From: Candidatus Marinacidobacterales bacterium
Lineage (GTDB): Bacteria > Acidobacteriota > Vicinamibacteria > Marinacidobacterales > DATDRI01
Length of the DNA: 64,000 bases
NCBI GenBank assembly: GCA_965219415.1
Contig: CBDCNP010000002.1
Location: forward strand, 640,001 to 704,000
Direction: 5' to 3'
Positions 20,321-30,570 of this stretch are shown one piece after another. Position 1 is the stretch's first letter. Every line of letters starts with the position of its first letter. Under the pieces are notes generated by a model, which was given only the letters and a program-made list of their open reading frames with translations, had not been told where the DNA came from and ran no database searches. A program made the position numbers and the translations under genes.

Positions 20321-21928
20321 GTGAAGCGCGTCTCGTTCGGCCTTGCGATCGTCTTGCTCCTCGCCGCGACGCTTCGGCTCTGGGGGCTCGACTACGGCCT
20401 ACCGCACCCACTCTCCCGCCCAGACGAAGAGCGCATCGTCGGCCGCGCTCAGACGATCCTTGCGACCGGAGACTGGCACCCCGGAAGCTTTTTCTATCCG
20501 AGTCTTCTCTTTTATCTGGATACCGCGGCACTCGGGGCCTACTACGGTGTGCAGAAATCACGGGGACACTACGCGCGGCCTTTCGACTTCCTGTACGATA
20601 TCGCCGTCACACGCCCGGGCTTGCACTACCTCATCGGCAGGTGGGTTGGCGCCATCGCCGGTACCCTGACCGTGCTCGTCGTTTTCTTTCTCGGGACGGC
20701 GGTCTCTCGAAGCCGGGCCGTGGGCCTCGTCGCCGCTCTCCTTCTCGCGGTGTGCCACCTGCACGTCCGCGAATCCCACTTCGCCACCGTCGATGTCGTG
20801 ATGACACTCTTCGTCACCGTCTCGCTCCTCTTCGCCGTCCATGCGAGCTCGCGACCGACGACCTTCAACTACGTCCTTGCCGGGCTTTTCGCCGGCCTCG
20901 CCGCCTCGACGAAGTACAACGCCGGCTTGGTCGTCCTTTCTTTGTTGTCCGCGAGCTACTCCGTCTATCGGGCGTCGATGCTCGACAAACGGAACGTCGC
21001 CACCCGCCTCGCCGTCGCGGCGCTCGTTTCCGCCTCCGCCTTCGCCGTCACGTCACCCTACGTCTTGCTCCGCCACGAGGGCTTCCTCGCTAACATGAGC
21101 GGACTGAGCGCACTTCTCTACGAGCGTCACGCGGGGCTCGCGCTCTGGGACCACTTGAAGACGACGCTTCCGGCAGGACTCGGTTGGCCCCTGTTCTTGG
21201 CGTCGCTCGCCGGGCTCGCCCGCGCGCTGTGGCTTCGACGTCCCGCCGACGTCGTCATGCTCGCGTTCGTCGTCCCCTACTTCGTTCTCGTTTCCGGCGT
21301 ACGCGTCACCTTTCCGCGCTACATCGTCCCGATCGTTCCCGCGCTCGTCGTCCTCGCCGGGCTCGCCGTCGATTTCGTCCATGGGACCTCGTCCCGCTAT
21401 CGCTCCGCCGTCCTCGCCGCGGCCGCGCTCGTGCTCGCGGTTCCGACGCTCGTGAGCTCCGTCCGTTACGATCGCATCGCTTCGAAAAAAGATACGCGTG
21501 TTCTCGCCGCGGACTGGATCGCGGCGAACGTCACACCCCAGAGCCAGATTCTCGTTTGCCGTGGATACGGAGCTCCGCACGTCAACGAGGATCGAAGAAA
21601 GCCCCCCGCTTTCGTGGTCCGCGAGATCGACTGCAACGCCCCCGCTGCCACGGACGACTACCTCGTCACCCACGAGCACGAGCAGCTCGCGAGCTTCTCG
21701 AAAATCTCCCCGGCGTTGTCCGGCTGGCTCGACGCGAATGCACGGCTCCTCGCAAGCTTCGATCCGTACCGGGAAGGCAGCGAGACCGAGCCCGTCTTCT
21801 ACCGCGCCGACGCGTTCTACATTCCAATCGCCGGATACGACGCCGTGGTACGGGGTGGGCCCATCGTCAAGATCTGGAGCTTTGCGCCGAGCCGAGCGAT
21901 GACGCCGGCGGTTCCGAAGAAGGAATAG
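20321..21928 (+). CDS. GT-C (family 39/ArnT-like) membrane glycosyltransferase
   Basis: [26 protein letters not shown], many TM segments; start chosen at GTG 20321. Confidence 0.85.
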   Translation: MKRVSFGLAIVLLLAATLRLWGLDYGLPHPLSRPDEERIVGRAQTILATGDWHPGSFFYPSLLFYLDTAALGAYYGVQKSRGHYARPFDFLYDIAVTRPGLHYLIGRWVGAIAGTLTVLVVFFLGTAVSRSRAVGLVAALLLAVCHLHVRESHFATVDVVMTLFVTVSLLFAVHASSRPTTFNYVLAGLFAGLAASTKYNAGLVVLSLLSASYSVYRASMLDKRNVATRLAVAALVSASAFAVTSPYVLLRHEGFLANMSGLSALLYERHAGLALWDHLKTTLPAGLGWPLFLASLAGLARALWLRRPADVVMLAFVVPYFVLVSGVRVTFPRYIVPIVPALVVLAGLAVDFVHGTSSRYRSAVLAAAALVLAVPTLVSSVRYDRIASKKDTRVLAADWIAANVTPQSQILVCRGYGAPHVNEDRRKPPAFVVREIDCNAPAATDDYLVTHEHEQLASFSKISPALSGWLDANARLLASFDPYREGSETEPVFYRADAFYIPIAGYDAVVRGGPIVKIWSFAPSRAMTPAVPKKE

Positions 21929-22172
21929 GTGGTGGTGACGACTTCGTCGCCTGGGCCGATGCCGAGAGCCATGAGACTCATGAGAAGCGCGTCGGTCCCG
22001 GACGAGGCACCCACGCCAGCCCTCACGCCGCAAAGGCCCGCGCCGCTTCGTTCGATCCGCTCGATCTCCTCACCCAGGATATAGCTTCCGGTATCGAAGC
22101 ACCGCGCCAGGACTTCGTCCCGGATCGCCCGTGCCGGGCTCCGAGATCGACGAGAGGGTTCTTCGACGTCAT
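21880..22172 (-). pseudogene. DegT/DnrJ/EryC1 aminotransferase N-terminal fragment
   Basis: PLVDL...YILGEE...[40 protein letters not shown]; frameshifted and truncated. Confidence 0.8.
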
Positions 22173-22256
22173 GGGTTCGTTTCCGGCACCATGATATCCG
22201 TTTGAAAGACGCCGGGGCCTGGAATAACATACGCACCAGCAACGCTAACCTGAGGA

Positions 22257-22375
22257 CCCCGTCCTGTGCCAGAACTCGGCTGTGCCTTCTATTTATTCAT
22301 CCGCGCGCACCGAACTTGATTAATCTCTGGTCTGTCGGCACCATGCCGGCATGATTTCGTCGTTTGTTCGCGCTC
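22257..22375 (+). repeat. Nested transposon ends
   Basis: 22257-22279 matches the 17800 end; 22280-22375 is the reverse complement of 26405-26500 with about 10 mismatches. Confidence 0.8.
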
Positions 22376-22558
22376 TCATCTCTTGTGATCCGCAAAAAAG
22401 AAGATCGCGAATTGACGGGCAGACGGCCATGGGAGTTGAGGTCCCTGCGAACTCGTGTTCGCCTCGGTGGAGGTTCTGCACTCTGTCGCTGCCCGGGCCA
22501 CCGACGCAATAACGTGCTTCAGAAAGAACGCGTTGTTCCCCGGGAGAACCTAGCTCCG

Positions 22559-22998
22559 TCAGACGACGCGTGCCAACCGGTAATCGTGATGGAACCCACC
22601 AAGGACCGGCCTCGAGGCAACGGCGCGCTGGGCGGGTAATTGATGTCGGTGCTGGTCCGGTTTCATCGGAAGCTCGACACAGGGGGTGGGAAGGCTTGGG
22701 CCGAGCGATGAATGCGGTCTCGCCCGATTGTAGTAGTCACGCCATTCGGTCAAGAGTCGGCGGAGATGTTCCTCCGACAGCGGTATCAGAAAATCCAAGC
22801 ACTCCCGGCGTGTGGTGCCGATGAGTCTCTCACAATAGGCATTCGCCTGCGGTGCTCTGCGCGGCGTCCTCAACGGCCGAACACCCATCCCCCGGACGGA
22901 GCGGCGGAGGTCTGCTGAGAACTTCCCATCGCGGTCCACGATGACGAATCGATAGTCGTGCTCGCACCCAATCGCCTCCCGGAAACTGTTGCAGCGTC
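22559..22998 (-). pseudogene. Integrase-core transposase C-terminal fragment
   Basis: IVDRDGKFS, APQANAYCERLIGTTRRECLD, YNRARPHSSLG; cut by the IS5 element. Confidence 0.85.
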
Positions 22999-23002
22999 CC
23001 GT

Positions 23003-24089
23003 TGCCTTGGTGCACAACTCTCGATCTCGGTCCACAATTGTCCTGTACTCGCGGATACGAGGTTCCCCATGAGCATTTTCAAACGCACTCAGCGGAAGTA
23101 TGTGAAGAAGGCCTATCGCGTGAGGAATTGGCGTGAATATGAGGCGGGTCTACGCAACCGCGGGAGCCTGACCGTCTGGATCTCGCTCACCGCCGGCAAG
23201 CTTGTGAACTGGGACGCGCCCCGGCCAAGGAGGAGGAAACCGGGCCGTCAACGCAAGTACTCGAACCACGCCATCGAGACGGCTGTCACCCTGGGCATGG
23301 TGTTTCATCTGTCATCTAGGCAGAGCGAGGGATTGCTGCGGTCGTTGTTCGCTCTGATGAAGCTAGACAATGATGTGCCCGATCACACCACGATCTCGAG
23401 GCGCAAGCCGAAGCTGGGTAAGGTCCCCTTCTACCAAGTCAAGCAGAAGACGCCGTTGCACATCTTGTTCGACAGCAGCGGTCTCGCTGTCCACGCCGGC
23501 CAGCTGCGCAGAGCACAAAAGAGCAGGGACTATCGCAAGCTCCATCTGTGTGTCGACGAGCAGAGTGGCGAAGTCGTCGCCGGCGAGCTGACGAGCAAAA
23601 GAGCCCGCGATTCATCGCGGGTTGCATCGCTTGTCGGACAGATCGACAGTCCCATCTCATCGGCCAGAGCTGACACCGCATACGACGCCGGCGGCGTCTA
23701 TGAGGCAATCGAGAATCACAGCGCTCATCGCTCGCCGAGGGTGCTGATACCGCCGCGCAAGGACGCCCTGCTCGCATCGGGGCCGGCGAGCAGCCGACAG
23801 CGCAATCGCAACATTGCAGCACAAGCTCGGCTCGGCAAACGAAAGTGGCACACAGAATCGGGCTACAGCAAACGGAGCAAAGTCGAGACAACGTTCCATC
23901 GCTACAAGGCTATCGTGGGCTCAGCGATGCGAGCGAGAGGGTTGGCGGCACAGAGAGGTGAGGCAAGGATCGGGTGCAAGATTCTCAACACCATGACGGC
24001 GCTCGGGATGCCTGATAGCGAGATGATCGGATGATGGGAGTCGGGGCCAAGCGAGCTCTCGGCCTCTATCGGAGTTGTGCACCAAGGCA
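23003..24089 (+). mobile_element. IS5-family element (IS903-like)
   Basis: Perfect 18-bp IRs TGCCTTGGTGCACAACTC at 23003-23020 and 24072-24089; CCGT on both flanks. Confidence 0.9.
23069..24034 (+). CDS. IS5-family transposase
   Basis: YRVRNW.EY..GL.NRGSLTVW, PDHTTISRR, DSSGL, ADTAYD, GYSKRSKVET. Confidence 0.92.
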   Translation: MSIFKRTQRKYVKKAYRVRNWREYEAGLRNRGSLTVWISLTAGKLVNWDAPRPRRRKPGRQRKYSNHAIETAVTLGMVFHLSSRQSEGLLRSLFALMKLDNDVPDHTTISRRKPKLGKVPFYQVKQKTPLHILFDSSGLAVHAGQLRRAQKSRDYRKLHLCVDEQSGEVVAGELTSKRARDSSRVASLVGQIDSPISSARADTAYDAGGVYEAIENHSAHRSPRVLIPPRKDALLASGPASSRQRNRNIAAQARLGKRKWHTESGYSKRSKVETTFHRYKAIVGSAMRARGLAAQRGEARIGCKILNTMTALGMPDSEMIG

Positions 24090-24411
24090 CCGTGACGATG
24101 GGCAGTTCCCAGACGTCCGGCACCAACTGCTGGAAGTGAAACTACAAACGTCGCCGACCATCGATCTCAGTTTGGTGTGTCCGGATAGTGGGGAAGCTTT
24201 GGACGTGCCGAGAATCAACGGCCTGCAGATTCGCCACTGCGATGTGCGCTATGCGCTGTTCTACGCGGAAACGGACGGGAGGAACGTGACGTTGACGCAT
24301 CTGTTTCTGACTACCGGCGAGAAATTCTTTACACGGTTCCCACAGTTCCAAGGCAAGGTTCTGAACAAGAAAATTCAGATACCGTTGCCTCTGAATTTTT
24401 TCAACGACTAG
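24090..24411 (+). pseudogene. Type II restriction endonuclease C-terminal fragment
   Basis: PD-x6-EVK motif (FPDVRHQLLEVKLQTSPTIDL); convergent with a DNA methyltransferase; 5' part lost at the IS5 end. Confidence 0.6.
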
Positions 24412-24440
24412 CAATGAAATCACTGAAGAAGAGGGCGTGC

Positions 24441-26183
24441 TTAGTTTGATACGGGTGCACAGCCAGTAAAGGCTTTCCAGACTGTGGCGTTCAGTTCTTT
24501 CTGGAGCAGCTCAGCAATCGGCGATGGCGTACACTCGTATGTCCGCTTCGCTTTAGAAATGATGGCCCTACCAAGAGAGCTATGCGGATCGGGAAGGGAG
24601 AAATTTTCAACGTATTGCGTGATGAAACGCCGGCGGCCCGCATAGAGCTTGTTGTGAAATCGGAGGTCATAGAAGCGCTCGATGAAAGTAGAGTTAGCAA
24701 CGCCAGCCGCGAGCCATAGGAGGTCCATATCTGAAGGGTTCTGGCTGATAAGCCAATAGCAGTCCCCGTTGACAACATAACCATCCAGATCAATCCAGAA
24801 TGTCGGTTCATCCGCTATGTCCCGGAACACAAGTTTGGGTTGATCCCAAGCGTTCGGGTCTTGCGGGACCCAGATTTCATACCACTCGCGACCTGCCTGG
24901 ATGACGTATTTTCGACCTTCAAGAACCGGTCGTTGCGCCGCAAGATAGGCTCGACTGCGGGGATAGCGGGTTAGGTCAACGGCGCCGCGACGGCCCCCTA
25001 CAACCTCGTGCGGATAGAGGATGTGAATTGGCCGGTCAGAGGAGAGGGACTTGAAGCGGCGGGCAACATGGTGAGTAATGAGCGGCCTAAGAAGCTCGGG
25101 CCGGTCAATCGCGGCCATGTCCTGCCAGTCGTTGCGAATAAAAATCTTGTCTGCACAGGTCTTGACGCCGACACGTATCTTTCCGATGTCGCGGAAGGTT
25201 CCCCAACTATGGGCGTCCACGATCTTCAACCACGTGTCACTGGCCTTCGTGGCAATACGCCAAACACCGTCAGGTGTACCGTTCGTGTCGAGCTTGCCGT
25301 GCTGAACATGGAAGTGCCGTCCATCATCAATTTCGATGACGCCTTCGCCGTTGAGAGCATTGATCGGGTCGGCGGCCGACGCGGTCGCGGGTTCGGAGGT
25401 TTGGTAGATAGACGTGAACGCCGAAGTTGCCAGCTTGCAGCTGTTCTTCCCTTCAACAAGCAAGACGGCGGGCAGAACAGCAGCCTCAAAGAGCTTAGTG
25501 TCGCCCAAGTCCCAGGCGTGGCGGATGTTAAACCGGTCAAAGAGAGCCCGCCGGACAGACGCGCCGGACTTGGTAGTCATGAAGCGGTTGGAAATGATGA
25601 TTCCGGCGATTCCCTGAGGCTTGAGCACCTGGGAGATGCCGAGAACGAAAGCATAATAGAGGTCGACACGGCCGGAGAGGCCAAACTGTTCCGAGAGAAG
25701 CTGCGCCTGCGTCGCACCCATGATCTGTGTGCGTACATAGGGCGGATTCGCGATGATGAGGTCATAAGCCTCGGGAATGGCAGAGCGAAAAAGGTTGCCA
25801 TGACCGCTTGGTCCGAAGTGTTCAAGGATAAACTCAAGGAAGTTGTCGGATTCGAAGTGGAGGGAGACGCTGGGGAACCGTTGTTCGATCCGTTCCCTAG
25901 CAGTATCGAGAGCATCGGAGTCGGTCTCGAAACCATAGACTTCAATGCTTGCCTCCCATGGGCGGGGGAGGTGCTTAAGAAGGCTGACAAGAAGCTCTCC
26001 ATGGCCAATAGCAGGGTCAAGAATACGGAGTGAACGGTAGGAGGTTTGTTCCTCGAAGGCCTCTACAATCTGTTTTGACACAAAATCGGCGAGCACTTTG
26101 GGTGTGTAAACTGCACCATCGGCCTTCTCTTCGGTGACGATATCGTAGCGTTTCGTAAAGCGCGGGCGGCGCAGGGCTTCCAT
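24441..26183 (-). CDS. N6-adenine DNA methyltransferase (gamma class)
   Basis: GAVYTP, ILDPAIGHG (motif I), IIANPPY (motif IV); GGAGG RBS before ATG 26183. Confidence 0.9.
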   Translation of the reverse strand: MEALRRPRFTKRYDIVTEEKADGAVYTPKVLADFVSKQIVEAFEEQTSYRSLRILDPAIGHGELLVSLLKHLPRPWEASIEVYGFETDSDALDTARERIEQRFPSVSLHFESDNFLEFILEHFGPSGHGNLFRSAIPEAYDLIIANPPYVRTQIMGATQAQLLSEQFGLSGRVDLYYAFVLGISQVLKPQGIAGIIISNRFMTTKSGASVRRALFDRFNIRHAWDLGDTKLFEAAVLPAVLLVEGKNSCKLATSAFTSIYQTSEPATASAADPINALNGEGVIEIDDGRHFHVQHGKLDTNGTPDGVWRIATKASDTWLKIVDAHSWGTFRDIGKIRVGVKTCADKIFIRNDWQDMAAIDRPELLRPLITHHVARRFKSLSSDRPIHILYPHEVVGGRRGAVDLTRYPRSRAYLAAQRPVLEGRKYVIQAGREWYEIWVPQDPNAWDQPKLVFRDIADEPTFWIDLDGYVVNGDCYWLISQNPSDMDLLWLAAGVANSTFIERFYDLRFHNKLYAGRRRFITQYVENFSLPDPHSSLGRAIISKAKRTYECTPSPIAELLQKELNATVWKAFTGCAPVSN

Positions 26184-26320
26184 TCGTTTTCGGCCTCCAT
26201 GATTTGAGAGCCGGGGGAACTTTACACTACTCATAGTCATCTGTTCGAAACAGGATGTCAATAGCACCGTGGAGGACACGGGGCCAGGATGGAGCCTCCG
26301 GCCAAGATAATGAGCCTACC

Positions 26321-26502
26321 GCGTCCTGTGCCAAAACTCGGCCCTCTTGAAATAGCCCATAAATCAACAGCTTAGAGTTTGTGTTTGTGACCGTGCCAAG
26401 GGCCGAGCGCGAACAAACGACGAAATCATGTAGGCATGGTCCCGGCAGACCGGAGACCGATCAAGTTCGGGGCGCGCGGATGAAGAAATAGAAGGCACAG
26501 GG
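26321..26502. mobile_element. Miniature non-autonomous element built from two transposon ends
   Basis: Begins GTCCTGTGCCAAAACTCGG (~85 bp similar to the 17800 TIR) and ends GGCACAGG; no ORF. Confidence 0.6.
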
Positions 26503-26547
26503 ATCTCAACCTGACTCGAATGCCCCCCCATGTGCTGCTCGTGACTT

Positions 26548-26770
26548 TTCCCTGTTCTTCCAGAGCAATTCCCTGTTCAGTGATCTTAAATTCCCTGTTC
26601 TTTGGGAACAGGGAATGTCCACCTAACCATCTGAAATATAGAGCGTTACCATATGTGAAAATGGCCCCATGAGCCCCCAAAAAACTTAAATTCCCTGTTT
26701 TTCCCTGTTATTCATGGTTGCCAGCTGAGACCGGATAGCTCCACACTGCCCCATCCGCCACCTAGTCTGG
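26548..26770. repeat. TTCCCTGTT repeat cluster plus tRNA-3'-end-like att remnant
   Basis: Direct copies at 26548, 26569, 26591, 26691 and 26701; inverted copy at 26607; followed by GAGACCGG...CTGCCCCATCCGCCA. Confidence 0.6.
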
Positions 26771-27289
26771 CCAATTGTGGCACTGCAGAGACGGGTGAGA
26801 TTTTCCGCGCGGTTTGCGGGGTTTTGCAGGATCAGGTGGCACCAGAGACGCGCTAAAAGGGCTGAACTGGCCTCATTTTCGGTTTTGGTCTCTAATCTCG
26901 ATTTTCGAGTGCCACGCTTGCGCCAAAGGGAGGAGCGGTCCGTTGACAGGGCTGTGCAGCGTCGGAAAAGAGGCCACCCGAGGCGCCCAGAGTCGAGGCC
27001 GGGATACCGCAGCGTAGCTCGCCTAGCACGTTTTGGTCTAGGTCCGCCTAGGCCTATACTGGATTTCCATCTTGCCCCAGGCCTGGATCCAAATCCTCGC
27101 CCGGGAGCATCGCATCCCATTTCTGGACGGTGTTTCCCTCGCGTACGGGGAAACCCGAATCGCCGGCCGCAACGTCACCCTCCCAGGCACGTGACCTGCA
27201 TAAAAGAAGATCGGTCAGAAGCAGCCGATCATGGCAGGTCGAAGACACGCAATCAACGCTAGATCGAATTTTTGCGGAGCACAGGTCGA

Positions 27290-27345
27290 GCAAGTCGCGA
27301 AACTCCGTGGTGAACTTCTGGTCGCGACTCAGGATGAGCAATAGC
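27290..27345 (-). pseudogene. Short integrase-core remnant
   Basis: LILSRDQKFTTEFRDLL resembles [17 protein letters not shown] of the 18032 transposase. Confidence 0.4.
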
Positions 27346-27371
27346 GCACTGGACGGAACGCGAGGCCGACC

Positions 27372-28136
27372 TCACTGCACTGGGAGTTCCAGTTGGTGCC
27401 CCTTAGGCATTCCATCCCAAGTCTTGCCGTCGAGGATCCGGCCACCCCTCTTCTTCTGAACGCCACCCCATTGCTTGAAGAAGAAGGGTACGCGCTCCCG
27501 ACGGCACTGGCCTCGGATATCCCTGACCCAGGCCGCCTTGATGGGTCGAGCGCCGGGACCGCTCTCCCCACCCACGATAACCCAGTGGATACCCGAGAGG
27601 TCGAGAGGGCCTAACCGATCCAGCAACGGCTCCAGCGAAAGGAACCGCACTATAGTCGGTACCCTTCGCAGGTGGTCCGCACGCCATAGGTACTTCGCGC
27701 TCTCAATCGACACGCCCATCCACACGTTGGCAGGCCAGTTCAGATCGGGAGCGAGTTCGGCTAACTTCTCCGACCGCTTAGCGAGTTCGGCTAACTTCTC
27801 CGACCGCTTGGTGAGAATCTGAAATGTGTGCCATGACGCCCGTTCCATTGTGTGGAACACTCTTCGGATAAACGCGAGAGGGACCTTCTCGTGAAAAAGG
27901 TCGCTCATACTGTTCACGAAGATCGTCCGAGGCTTCTTCCACGTGAGGGGGAGTTCAAGGCGATCCGGCCAGAGGCGGAGGTCGAAGCCCTGCTCAAAGT
28001 GGTGCCCTGGAATGCTGCGCCACCGTTCCGCGAAGGTTTCTGCATAACAGTGTTTGCATCCTGGACTTACCTTGGTACACCCTGTGATCGGGTTCCACGT
28101 TGAGTTGGTCCACTCAATGATCGACTTGACGCTCAT
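27372..28136 (-). CDS. DUF5131 / phage Gp37-Gp68 family protein
   Basis: IEWT..TWNPITGCTKVSPGCKHCYAE, FVNSMSDLFH, WVIVGGESG, FFFKQWGG; in-frame 10-aa duplication. Confidence 0.93.
   Translation of the reverse strand: MSVKSIIEWTNSTWNPITGCTKVSPGCKHCYAETFAERWRSIPGHHFEQGFDLRLWPDRLELPLTWKKPRTIFVNSMSDLFHEKVPLAFIRRVFHTMERASWHTFQILTKRSEKLAELAKRSEKLAELAPDLNWPANVWMGVSIESAKYLWRADHLRRVPTIVRFLSLEPLLDRLGPLDLSGIHWVIVGGESGPGARPIKAAWVRDIRGQCRRERVPFFFKQWGGVQKKRGGRILDGKTWDGMPKGHQLELPVQ
27751..27810. repeat. 30-bp tandem duplication
   Basis: GCGAGTTCGGCTAACTTCTCCGACCGCTT(A/G) x2. Confidence 0.95.
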
Positions 28137-29341
28137 TTGCTTTCTCCTCCAGGACAGGGCCTTGTTGATAGTAGCGTCTCATCATTGAGTTGCGACTTGC
28201 GTTTCATTGTCCGACGGTCCGGGAACAGGCTCTTCTCGTCGAACGTCAGTTCGTCGATGACCGCACGGTACTCCTTCTTGCGTCGCTGCATGAGGTACTT
28301 TGGAATGACCGCCTCGAAGATCCGCGGCCGAGTCATCGGGCGTGGATCGACCGCAGCAATGATCGCCGCCTTGAGCTCCTCGATAGGACACGGCTCGTAC
28401 CGCCCAGGGGTCATGTCGAAGAGAAGGCCGTCTTTGAATTGCTGGAAATACGGTTCAAGAGCGTTGATGGCGACGTCATTCATGTAGGCAACCGCCCTTG
28501 GACTCCGCGTTCCGAAGATCAAATGATACTTCGCGAGTTCGTCGGCGGGGACTGACGTCCCGCGCTCATCGAGCTCCTTGACGGGTACAGAGTACGTATA
28601 GTCAAAGAATTCGCGCACGCGTTCCACGTACTTTCCGACGACGAGATCTTCACGTTGGATTTTGTCCAGATTGGGGTCTGTCACGATGGGTAGCCAGTAG
28701 TCACCGCCCATCACTGCGTTCACAGTTTCAACCTTCCCCGCCTTCACCTTTTTAGCGACCTTAGAGGCGGAGTCCGTGTAGGACCAATTGCCGCTCATTC
28801 GCATGAACGTCTTGAAGTTGAAGTTGATCAGAACCTCCGTACTCTGGGTCGTGTCTCTCTCGTAGATCTGCTTCACCGTTTCGAAGTCGACATCCTTGAT
28901 TCCGTATGGGTCCAGGTAGAAGAACAAGGTGGCTCCTTGTCCTAGCTCCAAGGCTCGCGACAGGGCCTCCGAGAAATCGGCAAGTGGTTTTTCCGTAACA
29001 CGATTATTGATGTGGTTCGCCAACCCGTGTTCCAGCGTATCCCGATGCGCAGGATGCGAATCTGAGAAAAGGCAACCGACAGTGACCCGACGTTTGGGAG
29101 CGCTTTGAATGGCGCCACAGATAATCAGGGGCGAACCTTCCGATCCATCGCCGAAGCGGCCAGGACCCGAAAAGGCATCAACGATAATGATCGGCCGACC
29201 GCGACCGTGAATCGTCCTTAGGTAGCAGGTGATGTAGTCTTTCAGGATCTTGTCTTTGACGTTTGACCATGTGTGCTTCGTCTTGAAAAAGGGATGAATC
29301 TCATTCGCGCGGGTGCCGTAAGCACGGTCGTCTCTGCTCAT
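28133..29341 (-). CDS. tcmP: Three-Cys-motif partner protein (TcmP-like, methyltransferase fold)
   Basis: WS.VKD.IL.DY, VDAFSGPGRF.DG..GSPL, FFYLDPYG, EVLINF; 4-bp overlap with DUF5131. Confidence 0.82.
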   Translation of the reverse strand: MSRDDRAYGTRANEIHPFFKTKHTWSNVKDKILKDYITCYLRTIHGRGRPIIIVDAFSGPGRFGDGSEGSPLIICGAIQSAPKRRVTVGCLFSDSHPAHRDTLEHGLANHINNRVTEKPLADFSEALSRALELGQGATLFFYLDPYGIKDVDFETVKQIYERDTTQSTEVLINFNFKTFMRMSGNWSYTDSASKVAKKVKAGKVETVNAVMGGDYWLPIVTDPNLDKIQREDLVVGKYVERVREFFDYTYSVPVKELDERGTSVPADELAKYHLIFGTRSPRAVAYMNDVAINALEPYFQQFKDGLLFDMTPGRYEPCPIEELKAAIIAAVDPRPMTRPRIFEAVIPKYLMQRRKKEYRAVIDELTFDEKSLFPDRRTMKRKSQLNDETLLSTRPCPGGESK

Positions 29342-29785
29342 TCCTGCTTCCTCTCCCAAGCGGCCTCCCGAGGAGATCTTACGGTACACTGCGACGCAAG
29401 CCTCGTAGTTCGCACCGGTTCCATCACGCGTCCTGAATCTGCACCTTGTCTGCGAGTTTCCAGATTATCCAGGACCTGAAGAAGGTCCGACGTGTGGCTC
29501 CCTGCCACATCGCGGTTGACCGTTCCCGAACGGTCCACGCCAACCTGCGGGTCTGATCTGCTCCCACCAACGAAACCACCTACTAAGTTAGTCCCGGAAC
29601 CATCTGCAGTCCAATCCAGGGTCCAGACTCTGGGTCTGGGATCTCAGGAATCTGACTCTCGCGCCGGCGGCCGTTGATCGACGCCGGCAATACGTAGATG
29701 TGGCAATCGGTCAAGCATGTCCCCGCAGACCGTAGTCGAAGAATTCAGTCGGATGGTCTTGCGCATGCGCTCACGCTGTAGGTCG

Positions 29786-30570
29786 CTATCTTGTCGAAGA
29801 ATCGCGATTTCGTCGATTGTCCTTCACGAAGTGACTCGCTCGATGCCATGCAAACCGTTTCCGGTGCTTTTCTGTCAACGGAATAGGATGATGCCAGCGC
29901 AGCTCGGTCCGTGCCAGCTCGCTCAGGGCAGGCGAGAACTCTGGTCTCCCGTCGTCATCGAAGGTTATTAGTCCCCTGTCAAAGGCCGCATCCCAAAGTG
30001 CTGAGAGAAGCAGTCCATTGTGAATGTTCAGACGTTCGGTGTCGTCGGGGCAGTCCTTCCAGGGAATGATGTGCGAGGCGCGCAGCAAGTCTAGGTCCGT
30101 GATTCCGGTCAAGGGACACCGGCCCTGCCAGTAGGTCAGCAGACGGTCGCGAAAGATGTCCTGGCCGATGCGCTGAACGACGAGGCGCTCGGCCTCGGTG
30201 GTCTTGGGCAGTTTGCGGGTTGCGGCGCGGAAGTCTTCGAGCGGGCTTCGGGCAACGCTACGCCAAGGGCGTAGACCTTGGGCAGCACCGCATAAAGTTC
30301 GGTTAGCGTGGCAAAAGCATAACGGGCAAGACCGGGACCGGACATGTCGGCGCGTGGATGCTCCAGTTCCTCGACGACGCCCGTGTGGTCGAGAGCGAGG
30401 AACCAGGGACCGGAAGGCCCCGTCGCGGAGAGGTGAATGGTCCCCTTCGCAGTGGTGGAGCCGTAGCGCGCCCAGCCGGCCTCCTCTTCCATGGGGCGGC
30501 GATGGCCGTTCTGCCAAGCGGCCTTCCGGCATTCCTCAGCGACGACGAAACCTTGGGGCGTTTCGATCAC
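29786..30570 (-). pseudogene. HNH endonuclease with a frameshift (~30250)
   Basis: QRIGQDIFR...CPLTG...ASHIIPW...NGLLL...DAAFDRGLI; GTG start overlaps the upstream methyltransferase stop. Confidence 0.85.

Noticed and set aside
25008-26033. Long antisense ORFs (also 7000-7902, 10975-11835, 21053-22033, 31465-32418, 62209-63354)
   Set aside because: Shadows of real genes in GC-rich DNA; no recognisable motifs
26700-26760. tRNA gene
   Set aside because: Only a CCGCCA-type 3' end; no GTTCRA T-loop or cloverleaf
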